Shown: positions 1-12,762 of the stretch, in pieces
Layout of the letters: each line of letters begins with the position of its first letter
How positions within the stretch are numbered: the stretch's first letter is position 1
From: Octopus sinensis
Taxonomy: Eukaryota
Direction: 5' to 3'
Assembly: GCF_006345805.1 (NCBI RefSeq)
Contig: NC_043009.1
Coordinates: forward strand, 39,742,001 to 39,806,000
Length of the DNA stretch: 64,000 nt
The notes under the pieces: generated by a model
What the model saw: only the letters and a program-made list of their open reading frames with translations
Databases searched by the model: none
Told to the model about the DNA's origin: nothing
Translations under genes and position numbers: made by a program

Positions 1-222
1 GTCGTCATAGTCGTCACCATTATCATAATTGCAATTACCATTATCATCATCGTCTTCCTATTCCCCCTCCTCCTCCTCCTCCTTTTCGTTCTCATCATCA
101 TTATCATCATCGTCGTTGTTGTCGTCATCATTATCGTTATTGTCTTGTCAATATCATCATCAACATCATCATCATCATCATCATCAACATCACCATCATC
201 ATCATCATCATCATCATCATCG
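1..222. repeat. (CAT/TCA)n trinucleotide microsatellite, degenerate
   Basis: Seen directly; explains the poly-S/poly-H ORF 29..226. Confidence 0.95.
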
Positions 223-654
223 CTAGCAGTGAGGGCAACAGCAGCAATCGTCGTAGACCCCACCCCACCCTACTTTATATCAATGCGTTAACTATAAGAA
301 TATCCACATCGATTACGTAAACTACCAATAATATTAGAGGCAGCAACTTCAACATCACCACCACACATTTACTTTTATCGATAATTTTCTTTAACAGATG
401 ATTCAGATATGAGTTTGATCTGGAATTATAATTTTATTATCAAAATCATGATGAAGGATCCTGAAATAGAGTGTTGAAGTCAATATACAGAATTTAACGA
501 TTATGAGAAAACAGCGGGAAGGCACTCCACCGGATGAATCACAAAGGCGGTAGATAAAACTGCATGGTACAAAGAGGAAATATTCTATATATATATATGT
601 GTGCGTGTGTGTGTGTAGTGTGTGCGTGTATTGTATGTATTATGCTTGTATGTA

Positions 655-819
655 TTCCAAAAAGGAAATTATCAATTTTGATAGTGCCACTCAAAGAAGG
701 CTTGCTCGGTGGCTTTTCCCCCAAGTAAAATCTATACTTACCAAGTTTTGGTGGGAAAAACCAACGAGCAAGCTTCTTTTGAGTGGCACCATTAAAAATA
801 ATAATTTCCTTATTGGAAT
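655..819. repeat. Imperfect fold-back palindrome (~70-bp arms) between microsatellites
   Basis: Left arm ttccaaaaaggaaattatcaattttgatagtgccactcaaagaaggcttgctcg matches the reverse complement of cgagcaagcttcttttgagtggcaccattaaaaataataatttccttattggaa. The ORFs on opposite strands read near-identical peptides (ATQRRLARW vs ATQKKLARW). Confidence 0.9.
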
Positions 820-905
820 GTATATAGAACATATTAAGTATCTTCTGAAAAACAGATTCTAGTTTGGAAGACAAACTTTGATTTATATATATATATATAT
901 ATATT

Positions 906-936
<31 letters not shown>

Positions 937-971
937 AGGTGTGTGTGTATGTATGTATATGCGTATATATA

Positions 972-1021
<50 letters not shown>

Positions 1022-1023
<2 letters not shown>

Positions 1024-1220
1024 ACCGTTAGCTCCTACGCACATTTTTTTCTCTCCTTGTTTCTCTCCTTGTTTCTTTTCTGTGTATCTTTCTGTCGAAG
1101 AGAGTAGGTTCGAAACGTAAAAGACTTGTTCTATTTCTATTCCTGAGGGCATACTAATACATTTGTTTGTTTGTACTCCACCTGCCTTTGTCTTTTGATT
1201 ATTTTCGTAAACCTTCCCGT

Positions 1221-1221
<1 letters not shown>
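1022..1221 (+). mobile_element. Short (TA)n-flanked element with hammerhead-like motif (probable Penelope-like derivative), family copy 1
   Basis: Bounded by TA tracts; homologous to the reverse complement of 57506-57712 (shared aaacaaggagagaaaaaaatgtg block; ORFs KQGEKQGEKKMCV and KQGDKQGEKKMCV). Confidence 0.75.
1087..1124 (+). ncRNA. Minimal type I hammerhead-like motif with U at core position 6
   Basis: TCTTT-CTGTCGA-AGAGAGTAGGTTC-GAAAC-GTA-AAAGA: stem I TCTTT/AAAGA, GUA cleavage triplet. Confidence 0.6.
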
Positions 1222-1271
<50 letters not shown>

Positions 1272-1985
1272 CAAACTAAACAACAGGATAAATACATAGA
1301 ATTAAATTAAATATTTCCCATGTATTATCATCATTGGTTTTACATGAGTCTTATCCCTTTTATTGGTAACAAACATCTTGATTTAAAATTTTCCTTTACC
1401 AAATCTCTTTACATTACTTCAAATTAACCTTGATAGTTTTATGACTATACCCACTATGATTTCTGTCGACTCTTTCAACCCCTTTCGTAACAGACACTGC
1501 TCCTTGTTCATTGGCCTTAGATTTTGATATACAGAGATTTGATAAACAAGACTATAAAAATACAGTGACACGCTAGATCTCTAACAATTCTTTTTTCCTG
1601 ATACCTTAGTGGCTTCTAAGCTGAAGTGAAGACAGCATGATCTTTGTCAATCTCATTACCTTCTAGCAGGTTTTAGGTAAAATTATACTAATGTGTCCAT
1701 CTGTTTTAATTTAATATAATTCCATGCATTTATGCAGCTGAGGATTGCCTTGCATTTAAATTGATGTAATGGTTGCATTGTTCAATTAAATGGAGTCGCT
1801 TGAAACAATGGTACTGTATTACCTCTGGATATCCTGTTGCTTATTTTGATTTTAATCACCTTACTTTGAAACTGTATGGATAATACCGTACTAAATTCTG
1901 GTGCCTGAACTTGAGTACCTAATTCATCTGAATTTATATATATATTTGTATGTATATATACATACATATGTATATGTGTATATAT

Positions 1986-2122
1986 GTTTCTTTATTACCC
2001 AAAAGGGGCTAAACATAGAGGGGACAAACAAACGAATTAAGTCGAGAACATCGACCCCAGTGCGTAACTGGCACTTAATTTATCGACCCCGAAAGGATGA
2101 AAGGCAAATTCGACCTCGGCGG
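1986..2122 (-). mobile_element. Nin/Deu-domain SINE, 5'-truncated (family B)
   Basis: Matches 34250-34480 and 45064-45292 (aggggctaaacatagaggggacaaac...cgaccccgaaaggatgaaaggcaaa). Confidence 0.85.
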
Positions 2123-2138
2123 TTGTATATATATATGA

Positions 2139-2186
<48 letters not shown>

Positions 2187-2279
2187 TGTATGTATGTATG
2201 TATGTGTATATATAATATATATATAATATATTATAATATATATATATATAATATTATATAATCTATATATATATATATA

Positions 2280-2615
2280 GGCGAAGGCGTGGCACTGTGG
2301 TAACAAGCTTGCTTCCCAACTACATTCCGGGTTCAGTCCAACTGAGCAACTCCATAGGCTAGTGTGTTCGTCTATAACCTCAAGACGACCGGAGCAGATA
2401 TAAATGTGTGTGTGTTTATTCCCTAACACTGCTTAACAACTAGTGTTGGTGCGTTTACGTCCAGTAACATAGCGGCTCAGCAAAAGAAACTGATAGAATA
2501 AGTACCAGGCTTAAAAAGAAAATAATTAGTGGTGTCGATTTGTTCGACTAATATCCATCAGGGCAGTGCCCCAGTATGGCCACAATCTAACGACTTAAAC
2601 AGTTCAAGTATAAAG
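2280..2615 (+). mobile_element. tRNA-derived SINE with internal microsatellite (family A)
   Basis: A-box-like tggcactgtgg and B-box-like gggttcagtcc; tail gatagaataagtacc...tggccacaatc shared with 58855-59312. Confidence 0.8.
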
Positions 2616-2626
2616 GACACAGAGAA

Positions 2627-2657
<31 letters not shown>

Positions 2658-3275
2658 GAGGGGGGAGATCAAAACAGGGGTAGGTTTGGTTATGCTGTTA
2701 ATAAGTTCGTTGTGTAATCACGTGGACCCAAACCCCGGGGTAATGTCTTCTACCATAACTTTAGTCCGACTAATGCCTTATCAGTGAATTTGATACAGAG
2801 AAACTGTATGGAGGTCCGTTGCTCATTCGTGTATGCGTGTCCGTGTATGCGTGTGCGTGTGTATGTGTATGTGTGCGTGGTGTGTGTTACTGCATGTGTA
2901 CGAGTGTTTGTATGAGTGCGTGTATGTGTGTGTGCTTCTTGTGGTGCAGATGTCTCGTCACATGACGAGATTGCCTTGATAAGTATACGCATTGTCACGT
3001 AAACACATGCATATGTAGCCAGGCTTGTATGTATTCATGGCTACACATGTATGTGTTGACTTTAAAATGCGTATAATTATCAACATAACCTTTCTCTTAT
3101 TCGTTTACTTTTCGTCATTTACTTACGAGACCCATTAACTGTGTACACTAAAGATAAACTGTCATTTGAAATCACGAAGCCGAAAGGCAACCACTCACAG
3201 GCAAATAATGATATACTGTATAATCGAACCAGGCGATACGGACTTTATTTAACGAGATAACTTTTGAAAAGACAC

Positions 3276-3371
3276 CTGACGAGACACATCAACACCGAAT
3301 GATGTACCATAACCTGTTGTATACTATTTCAGCTACGATTGATCAATGTGATATGGGTCGAAACGATCGTC
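3276..3371 (+). ncRNA. Hammerhead-like motif with long loop II
   Basis: CTGACGA-GACACAT...ATGGGTC-GAAAC-GATC-GTC; stem I only ~2 bp. An alternative 5' half, CTTACGA-GACCCAT, lies at 3122. Confidence 0.55.
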
Positions 3372-3706
3372 GTTAATTCCATTTTCTTTTTCGTTCATTT
3401 GTCCTATATATTTATCTTTCTACCTATATATATATATATATATACATATACAGATAGATAGATAGATAGATAGATAGATACATACATAGATAGATAAAAC
3501 TTACTTGGAAGAGGATGCGTGGAGTTCAATCGTATAATATATGTTTTCCATTCGTGTCTTTCGTTGTTCGAAAAAATAGTTCATGTTCCATGTAATCTCG
3601 TGACGCCCTGTGTCCACATATACGTATAGCTGTATGTACATATACGTATGTATATATGATCATATTTATGTATTATGTATATATATATATATATAATATA
3701 TATATA

Positions 3707-3741
<35 letters not shown>

Positions 3742-4011
3742 GTATTTAAAAATAGAAAATTACACTTTAACAGGTAATTTTTACATGCTAGAAATAGCAG
3801 CCAACACGGCCAAAACCACAATTTTATAGCAAATTTGGAAGTAAATGAAAAATAAAAATCTTTACCTTGTTATATAACGGTTATACCATGGTTTCGAATT
3901 TCTTTAGGAAATAATATCGCTTGCCATCTTTTAATAGATAATTTAGCAAGACTGACTTTTTATACATGCTAGGCCACTGGTGGTGATATTTATAACGAAT
4001 CTTCGCCACCC

Positions 4012-4107
<96 letters not shown>

Positions 4108-4974
4108 GTTAAAAATAATGGTCATTAATTATATAATTCCTTTACTACAGCAACTTTTCTCTAATTCTGAAACGTTTGGGTTCATATTAATAACGGTACA
4201 CATCAGAATTAAAAGTCTTCGAACAGATCATTCCTCTACAGCATCATCACTATAAACTTTACAAAGGTCTTTGCAAGTCCTCGCAACATTTTCTCCTTTT
4301 TTTTAAAAAAAAAAGGAAAAGCATTACAACGCGAATAAAAATTATTTATATTCCGGCAACCTAATATACATACATATATGTAAATATACAAAGAAGAGAT
4401 GCACTACTACTTCAAGCAACGCCAAAATTTTATCTGGTACGTTTCAGGTGTGTTCAATGAAGCGTTAAAATATTTAGATTCAAAACGCACAGAACTTTCC
4501 GGATAACCTAATGTATATACAATTAGAAAAATTAAAATACTAATTATAAATTTATTTTTAAGATCAACATGCATGTTTAACAATATATATCTTTATATTC
4601 ACGTGTACATTGAGGATTCAACACCCTGAGAGGTGAATCATGAACACTTACATCATGATCCGATATAAAGGATTAAATGGATTAGTTTTCTCTACTTTAC
4701 ATCTCTATGTGAATATACAGTTGTATTATATATCAAATATGCATATCGATGCTACATGTACGTATATATATTGGGATGTTAAGATTTATAATGCTACATG
4801 GAGAAGGTTACGAACCGGCTGTAATTATATGGACATCATATGGAAATAACGAATGTACATTCAACTCTCATACCTTCCAATAGGCATAAATATGTATGCT
4901 TTAAGATATTCCAATGAAGTATTATTTCACGGTCTCTCGAATATTTACAAAATTCTTATGACGTCAATAGATTA

Positions 4975-4989
4975 TATCTATCTATCTAT

Positions 4990-5046
<57 letters not shown>

Positions 5047-5240
5047 ACTATACTATACTATACTATACTATACTATACTACACATCACAAACACACACAC
5101 AAACATATATATATATATGTATATACGCATGTCATTGTGTGTGTCTGTATGTGTGTGGTGGTGGTGGTGGTGGTGGTGGTGTGGTGGTGGTGGTGGTGGT
5201 GTGGTGGTGTGTGTGTGTGTGTGTGTGTGTGTTTGTGTGC
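4975..5240. repeat. Compound microsatellite (CTAT)n/(CTATA)n/(TGG)n/(TG)n
   Basis: Seen directly. Confidence 0.95.
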
Positions 5241-7731
5241 AACATTCCAATAAAATGGAAAACAAGCTGTCAGACAATTCATTAGGTTGGTAGAAAGAAT
5301 CACGTGTGGACAAACTGGATAACTCATTAGTCTTTTGGCCAAAATGTCTCAATTTTGAAACTCGTTACCAAAATTTCACTGTGGTCTCTGTGGAATATAT
5401 TCAACTTGCAGTTTCGAAGTTCGTTGAGTTATAAATTAGTTAAATAATAATACAGAGTTTCGCGAGGTAGTGAGATGGGTTATCGTCTTTTGCATGAAAA
5501 TAAATGCGCCAAAGAAGAAAGAAGAGATGTAGATGGAAGTGGAGGAGGAGGAGGAGGAAAGGAAGGAGAAAGAGGAGTGATCATCATGCTTGCCTGTACT
5601 CCCGGATGCATAAGTTTAACGTGTATCTACAGATTGACATCATCAGAAACCATTGGCGGGGAGAGACATTTTGGAGTTTGCGATTCTCGAGTGGAGGCTG
5701 GAGAAGCAGTTTAAATTGCATGATGTGAAAAGCAGTAAATCTGGGAAATAACACACAACAAATGGAAGAAGTCATATAGACCCAATAAAGGTGATCTGAG
5801 AGTTATTAGTTCAGACAAGCAGCGGCGGATATAGTGCAGATATAAGGAGAGAGTACTGTGCCAGTGTGACATAACGATTAGTAAATTGCAGGAGTGCTAT
5901 GTGTATCAGGAGGAGGAATGCTATTCCTCTGATTGGCAATTCGCGGACATACTTCAACTGCATCTGAGCTACTATTCTCACAGATCTGCGCTTGAAGTAT
6001 GTTGGATATCGCAAATTGATATAAATTATTGTTGCTGTTGCTGTTTGTTTTTTAATTTTTTTATGTTGTTTAAAGCCCGATCAGCCCTGATTGTGTAGCC
6101 CCATGGAATGTATGTAGTTGGAGTGATCGTTACCCAAGAATGTATTCCCTTTTTTCAACCATCGATCGGCCATTGTTCTAGACATAACTATCACATATAG
6201 GAATATATTATCCAACCTGTCCTCTCTATTTCTCTCTGTCTTCCATATTTGTTAATGGTCAAATATGTGTGCGAATAATTCTGTTGCTATTTGTTTCCGG
6301 TTAATCGACTATGGAAGCGTTCTCATGTTGCTACTTCTATTCTACACAATCGTAACATCCCGATATACTGGCAGATATCATCTCCGTTCTTCACATAACT
6401 GCACTTGCTTTTACATTAAAATGCTTCTATTCCGTTAAAATTCATACGCTACAAATCTCTTTCCATAAGTGAAACCGGCCGTCGTCTGCACGATTGCTCC
6501 CAGAAGCACGTTTTCGACATTCGCAACACTAGCAACAAGACCTAAACACGCTTCAAACCTGTAGGTAAACTTTTTAAACAGCATGCCGCTTCTTAATCCT
6601 CTTCTCAGTTCGTGACGTCTATATTTCATGGCATATTCACAGAGAAAACCCCTAAATCTTTATACTAGAATCTTCCTTTCCAGTAGGGATACATCACACT
6701 TCTTATTTCTCTAAACTGGCATCCATTCAATAAATTTAACATTTGGCAACACCTATACTGTTTCTCCTTTCTCTTTACCAACAACCTCAGAGAAAAAACA
6801 CCTCATCTTTACAATCTTCCACGTGAACAAGCATTAATCAACGCTTTTCATTCTCAGTTGACAACCATTTTATAATTTGACGTTTGGTGTCCTCAATTAT
6901 ATTTTTCTTCCTTCTCTTGATTTTAACACCCTCTTTTCATCGCTATTTGGATGTTTCAGCTTCCTTTCATACGATACAAGATTGCCAGTGTTCTTGATTA
7001 TTCGATAGTTGTATGAATTCATGTCTTTTACAACGACTAAACTAAAGAGCTCATGTTGATAACGAAGCCTGTGTCTCTACATTGTTTACCTACTTCATTA
7101 ACATTAGAAATTCTTTACTGGTGATGTTATAATTACTTTGATTACCAACATGTTAACATTGTAACTTCTATTGTAACCATCTTCTACTTTTTCAAAGTAT
7201 TAATATGTATATGGGATTGGATAGAGGGTAACAGACGGAGTTTTTACTTATCACCTTTTCTCTAATCAAATATTTTCCTTTGAAATATTTTTCTTAGGTT
7301 AAAGACTTTCGAAGAATCTTTAAACCAAATAATCAGGTAGAAATATTTCAAAAGAAACATTACTTTGAATATCGTCAAACTAATATTCGCAATATATTAG
7401 AGAAATTTCATTTTCGTATATCATTTGATTACAGATCAGAGAATCATAATATCAGATGCGTGATACAGAGTAACTATTTATATTTTTCATTTGATTCGAT
7501 CCAAGGTATCAATAGTTTATGTGATGGAGGTCAAACAGACGTTATTGAATATTCAAGAAATTTTCTCTCACATCAGAAATCTCCAACGCGTTTCTAATAT
7601 TTAGGACAATATAGCTGGGACACTTTCTAAAGGCCTTTTGCCACTATTTCAGAGGTAACACAATGTTTCTTTTATAAAATTCCACTTTCATATCTATTTG
7701 GATATAAAACTAATATGTGTGTATATATACA

Positions 7732-8112
7732 TTAGGTTGGAAGGAAGGTTGTGTCGTATTTTAGGTGTGATAGCTTTGAGGAGACCTTTTCAATACTTAC
7801 GGTAAAATAAGCATTAATGTTTGCATTCGTATTACAGTTCTTTGAAGATTACTTCCTACCATAGTGATATACAGCAATGTATCGATGCGTTCAACACTGT
7901 GTTGGCCAGAATCATGCCAACACCGGTGTTTGATGATCTACCAATGGAGATGTGTGTTCAAACCACACAAAATCTCTTATGAGAAATTTCTCTGAGACAA
8001 AATATTACAGCTAATAGCATTCTACTAATGTATATACATTATAGATTCATTTTTAAAAGTTATTTTTAAGTCTATTCTATGAAAATTAGAGACATCACTT
8101 TGTTACCAAATT
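7732..8112. mobile_element. Possible mariner-type MITE relic
   Basis: Starts ttaggttgg (mariner-like terminus); a weak inverted match is gacatcactttgttaccaaattt near 8090-8112. Confidence 0.35.
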
Positions 8113-8666
8113 TCGTATACGGATGAGTTTGTGTAAATGATATGACCGAAGGTAGAAAAAAATTGATAGGTATATATATGCGCATTTCATGAGTTATTGC
8201 TCCTTCTTTAGAACGATATCCAACAAATTAACCATCCACGAAAACATTGCCTTAATAACTACCAATGATATATTGCTGCATCCAGTTATATTACACCGCT
8301 ATCTTTCGTGGCGATTTAAGTGAGGTGTTCGTGGATGATAAATAGGTAAGACGTGGTACTGAAGGAGGGGCAAGAACTCCTGAGATATACATACACAGCC
8401 ATTATCTCTTTTTCCTTCTTCGATCGCAACGTTTACAAAGACGTATTAGTATGTGAAACATCGTCACAAATCAGTGCTGGCTCCAATTTATATAGAATAT
8501 TTATAGAGGTAACTTTAAAAATTGAATTAACAGCACCGGTGATGCAAGTGAGACGCAGTAATGACATATATATATACTTGGTAAAATATCTGTTTTTTTA
8601 TAATGAAATATGGTGTCGCTACCAGCAAATGTTTGTATGTGTGTATATATATGTGTGTGTATCTGT

Positions 8667-8703
<37 letters not shown>

Positions 8704-8796
8704 CTACATACATATAATTATACATACTTATATATATATACATATGCATACATACATAGATACATACATACATACATATATATATATATGTATGTG

Positions 8797-8866
<70 letters not shown>

Positions 8867-8889
8867 TGTGTGTATATATGCAGGCATGA

Positions 8890-10022
8890 CAGGGGAAAAT
8901 AGTCATCCCATAAAACATCGTTTTATGTTTATTCTAACTTGTAACGTTATATATTTTTTATTAATTGGTATTTTTATGTCTAGTTCTATATGAGATTGTT
9001 TAATCATGCCATGTAAAAAAGAAGCCTTGGAACTGTCTGAATTTCAAAGAGGCTGTATAATGGGTCATTCTGAAGGTGGACATGGTCAGTTAATAGAGTG
9101 GTTGTGCAATTCACCAGGGAGGGGAAGGAGACCACATGACCTCGCCCAGGTCAACCATGGCCCTCTGATAGGAGCCTTCTCTTTACTAAGAGAAGTGGAG
9201 AGTATAATCCTCGTTGTAAGGTTTCTAACATAACAGAACAAGTTGATGTCAGTCCCAGAGCAGCTGTCAGATATGTCCTCAAACTTGGTTACTATGGCAG
9301 AGCAGCAAGAAGGAAGCCACTTCTTCGACCAGCCAACATCAAGCGGATAAAATATTGGGCCAGTGAGATGGTGGAGAGGCCACTATCATTTTTGGACACT
9401 GTCATATTCTCCGATGAGACCGGATTTGCTGTATTTCCTGACAGTGGTTGACTGTGAGTTTGGAGACTCTGTGATAAAGAATTTGATGTCAAAATATTGC
9501 AGCCAACAATGAAACACGGCAGCTTCTCTGTGATGGTCTGGGGAGCAATTTGAAGCAATGCTTGATCAGATTTGGTGGAGCATGAGGGAAACAAACTCAG
9601 ATAAATGTGTGTCCATATTGTAAAAAGGACTCCCTCCAATATTCTGTAGTGGTGAAATGATTAAAGACTCCTTGTCACATGGTTAAAATTACATAACATT
9701 TGTTGGATAAGAATAGTATTAAAAAGTTTCCATGGTAAAGCTAGTTACCAGATATGAACCCTATTGAACGCACCTAGGACATAATGGACAGGACACTTCA
9801 TAAAAGAACAAGAAAGCATCTTCAAAGCCAAATCTTTTGAGATTACTGCATGAAACTTGGCAAAAAATTCCGCAAGAGAATATTCGTCATTTGATCAGTA
9901 ACAAGCCAAATAATGTCCTTCCATTGAAAAATGCAAAGGGCATGTCTACTAAATATTACATATTCACATTATAACAATTAATAAATAATTTGAATGTGTC
10001 TGTTTACTTTTAACTTCCGTGT
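8890..10022 (+). mobile_element. Degenerate Tc1-family DNA transposon
   Basis: Transposase remnants: ELSEFQRGCIMG (HTH start), [33 protein letters not shown]; stops, frameshifts and deletions present; boundaries approximate. Confidence 0.85.
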
Positions 10023-10025
10023 GTT

Positions 10026-10095
<70 letters not shown>

Positions 10096-10101
<6 letters not shown>

Positions 10102-10441
10102 GTATAGAAGCCATCTTAACATGGTTAACCACATAGGGGAGGGTGTGTTACTGTAGCTTTATAACCCCAGGAGATCGTCGTCTCCAACTGACAAGGGACA
10201 AAAATCCCGAAACTAGTCCGAGCGTATCACTCAGGCTTGCGAGTAAGGGATGGCCTCCCTTTGCAAATACTTCAAGGGCACTGAAATGGTGTCTAAAGCC
10301 AGCTGGAGACGACGATCTCCTGGGGCTACAAAGCTACAGTAACACCCCCTCCCCTATGTGGTTAGCCATGTTAAGATGGCTTCTATACTTTACATTATCG
10401 AGCGATTACTGTTTCAATATCATTCTGAGATTTAATAATGC
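10096..10441. mobile_element. Fold-back element: ~95-bp inverted arms plus ~45-bp one-sided tail, between (TG)n and (TA)n
   Basis: Left arm tgtaaagtatagaagccatcttaacatgg...gtctccaactg (10096-10190) mirrored by cagctggagac...ctatactttaca (~10300-10394). Confidence 0.85.
10188..10218 (+). ncRNA. Minimal hammerhead-like motif (G8 to A)
   Basis: CTGACAA-GGGA-caaaaa-TCCC-GAAAC-TA-GTC: perfect stem II, palindromic ACTAGT helix III, GUC triplet; stem I poor. Confidence 0.65.
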
Positions 10442-10727
10442 TATATATATATATATATATATATATAAACAGTCCTTCATTATTTAAAATTTACAGATGT
10501 TATATGTATGTATTTAACACTATGTGAGTTGAATTTGAACCTATTTAGGTAGATGTTTGCATTTGTAGCAAGAATATATCTGGAGACATCATGTGATACA
10601 GATTTAGGTCATATAATAAAATATTCCGAACATCATTGGACGTCTATTTTACACACATGCTTGAAATGATGTGATTATGACTTGTATTCTGAGATTACTT
10701 TTTGGTTAATGTAGTTCTTCTAAGCCT

Positions 10728-10762
10728 CTGATGACAGTGATTTATAGCAGCTACTTGAAACC
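10728..10762 (+). ncRNA. Degenerate hammerhead-like motif
   Basis: CTGATGA-cAGTG...TACTt-GAAAC; helix III and stem I decayed. Confidence 0.35.
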
Positions 10763-10899
10763 AACTAAAAAGACTGGAATCATAAAACCCAAATAAGAAT
10801 TCATCAGTATTCCCATAAATAATATTATATTCATCTTGGGTGACCATAAAAATCAAGGTTATAGCTGTACGTATCTGTTTTTCTTTCTGAAAGTTAGAA

Positions 10900-11820
10900 T
10901 ATATACTCGTATGCGTATGAAAAACGGCTGCTTCAAAATAGCTGCAAGTTATTGTGTTAAGAGTAATAAAGGAGATAATGTGGTTGACGAAGAGATTAGA
11001 CTCGCATTTTTATACAATCATCATATATTATTAAAGATTATGCTTCCAACACAATACCCTATATAAAAATTGTTCTATTTTTAAATATGATCGCTAACCA
11101 TAATCTCTGATTTAACACACATTATAAGGCCTTGAAGAAATAATGGGGCTATCTTTCCGTACAAATGGAAACAAAACGAACTTGATCCTGATGATAGTAT
11201 CAAAATGTCAGATATAGTGATATCTGCTCTAAAATAAGCCAATGAACCAGGAGAAGCAATCTTTGCATCTAATAATCTTATTATATTTATTCTCCTAATG
11301 GGAAGCAAACATGAAGTTATTGTCAGAGAGAATTATCAACAGATACCTAATACAGTTGATTTTAATGGATACCTAAACATTATATACTGAATAAACAAGC
11401 CGATACTCGATGCATATCAATATTCACTGCATAGAATTATCAAATATAAATGAAACTTCAGTGTGCTGTTCTTACTTTCACTTGCTTCCGTTGTAAGTGC
11501 TCGCAAAATCTCTAAGCATTTATGGAAACAAGTCTTTATCGTTAAACTTCATTCTGTTAGACAAGAAAGAAATGCCAGCAATGGGAATTAACCAATACTC
11601 TAAATTGCACTTATGTATCTCTTACTCAAACCATGGCAGCCATAACATGTTTGCTCGAATCTATTAGAAATGCATTATTTCCACCATCTCCATGGAATCC
11701 ATTCTGTCACAACCATTCAGTGTGGTCTGTTTGTGAAACAGGAATGGTCTATTTCAATTCAAGGATTCTTTACTGATGTAGAAATATTTTCTTCCAGGTT
11801 TATTGGTAAACATTTCTAAT
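10900..11820 (-). pseudogene. Heavily decayed reverse-transcriptase relic, possibly Penelope-like
   Basis: Minus-strand fragments in the expected order, across frameshifts: FLID, IG-IP, RY-VDN(S)L..NN (cf. RYIDD.L.NN), AYFRADITI, FHLYGK (cf. LYDK). Motif matches are weak. Confidence 0.4.
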
Positions 11821-11879
11821 TTCGCTTGTGATTACATACATACATAAACACATACTTATGCTCACATTCGCGCGCGCGC

Positions 11880-12041
11880 ACATATATATAAGTACATATA
11901 TATACACACATACATATATATACATATATATAATATATACACACATATATATACATATATAATATATATTATATATATATATACATATATATGCAATAGA
12001 CACAAACACACACACAGCACCCATATATGTATATATGTATA

Positions 12042-12078
<37 letters not shown>

Positions 12079-12245
12079 GTATATATATATGCATATATAT
12101 GCATACATACACACACACACATATATATATAATATATATATACACATATATATATACATATATATATATACTATATATATATATATATATAGATATATAT
12201 ATATATATATATAAATATATATATATATAGATATATATATATACA
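11880..12245. repeat. (TA)n/(CA)n microsatellite
   Basis: Seen directly. Confidence 0.95.
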
Positions 12246-12454
12246 TGCATTAACATACATACCGAGATAGAGATAAAGAGAGAGAAAAGAGAGAAGGAGA
12301 GAGAGAAAAAAAACTGTCACACGCAAGCCTGCTTGACATAGAAAGTATTCTGCTTTCTATAATTATTTTAGATACCTGTGGAGTCGTGAGCATACATTCA
12401 AACGGCCAATGAGTGAGCCAGTAGAACATCGAACTTTTGAAAGTTGGCAGGAGA

Positions 12455-12605
12455 CTGGACTGCACCAACAGTCAGCTGGTACTCATTTACGAGGAATATA
12501 CTGGAATAATGTCAAATGAAAGGTCTTGTGCAAAATAGCAATGAGCTTCCCGGTAGAGGAGTCAAACCTATGGATTTATTTGCGTGAGGTCAACACACAA
12601 CTTCA
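12455..12605 (-). mobile_element. Old SINE fragment (CORE-like)
   Basis: gctggtactcattt...actgga...atgaaaggtcttgtgcaa...gagtcaaacct; resembles 48510-48660. Confidence 0.45.
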
Positions 12606-12727
12606 CACACAGACACGCATAATATATTTGGCAAACTGTAATATATATATAGATATATGTATGAATTTATGTATACGTACGTATATGTATGTGTGCATGT
12701 ATATATGTATGTATATATGTATATATG

Positions 12728-12762
<35 letters not shown>

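Noticed and set aside
470-575. EKTAGRH...AVDKTAW resembling a LINE C-terminus
   Set aside because: Too short to support.
3880-3912. Minus-strand GAAAC-CATG-GTA half-motif (similar half-motifs near 4434-4446, 15680 and 53890-53925)
   Set aside because: No convincing CTGAnGA or stems; at most decayed relics, so not called as ribozymes.
6300-6980. Possible ancient RTE-like relic on the minus strand
   Set aside because: Motif resemblance too weak and order inconsistent.
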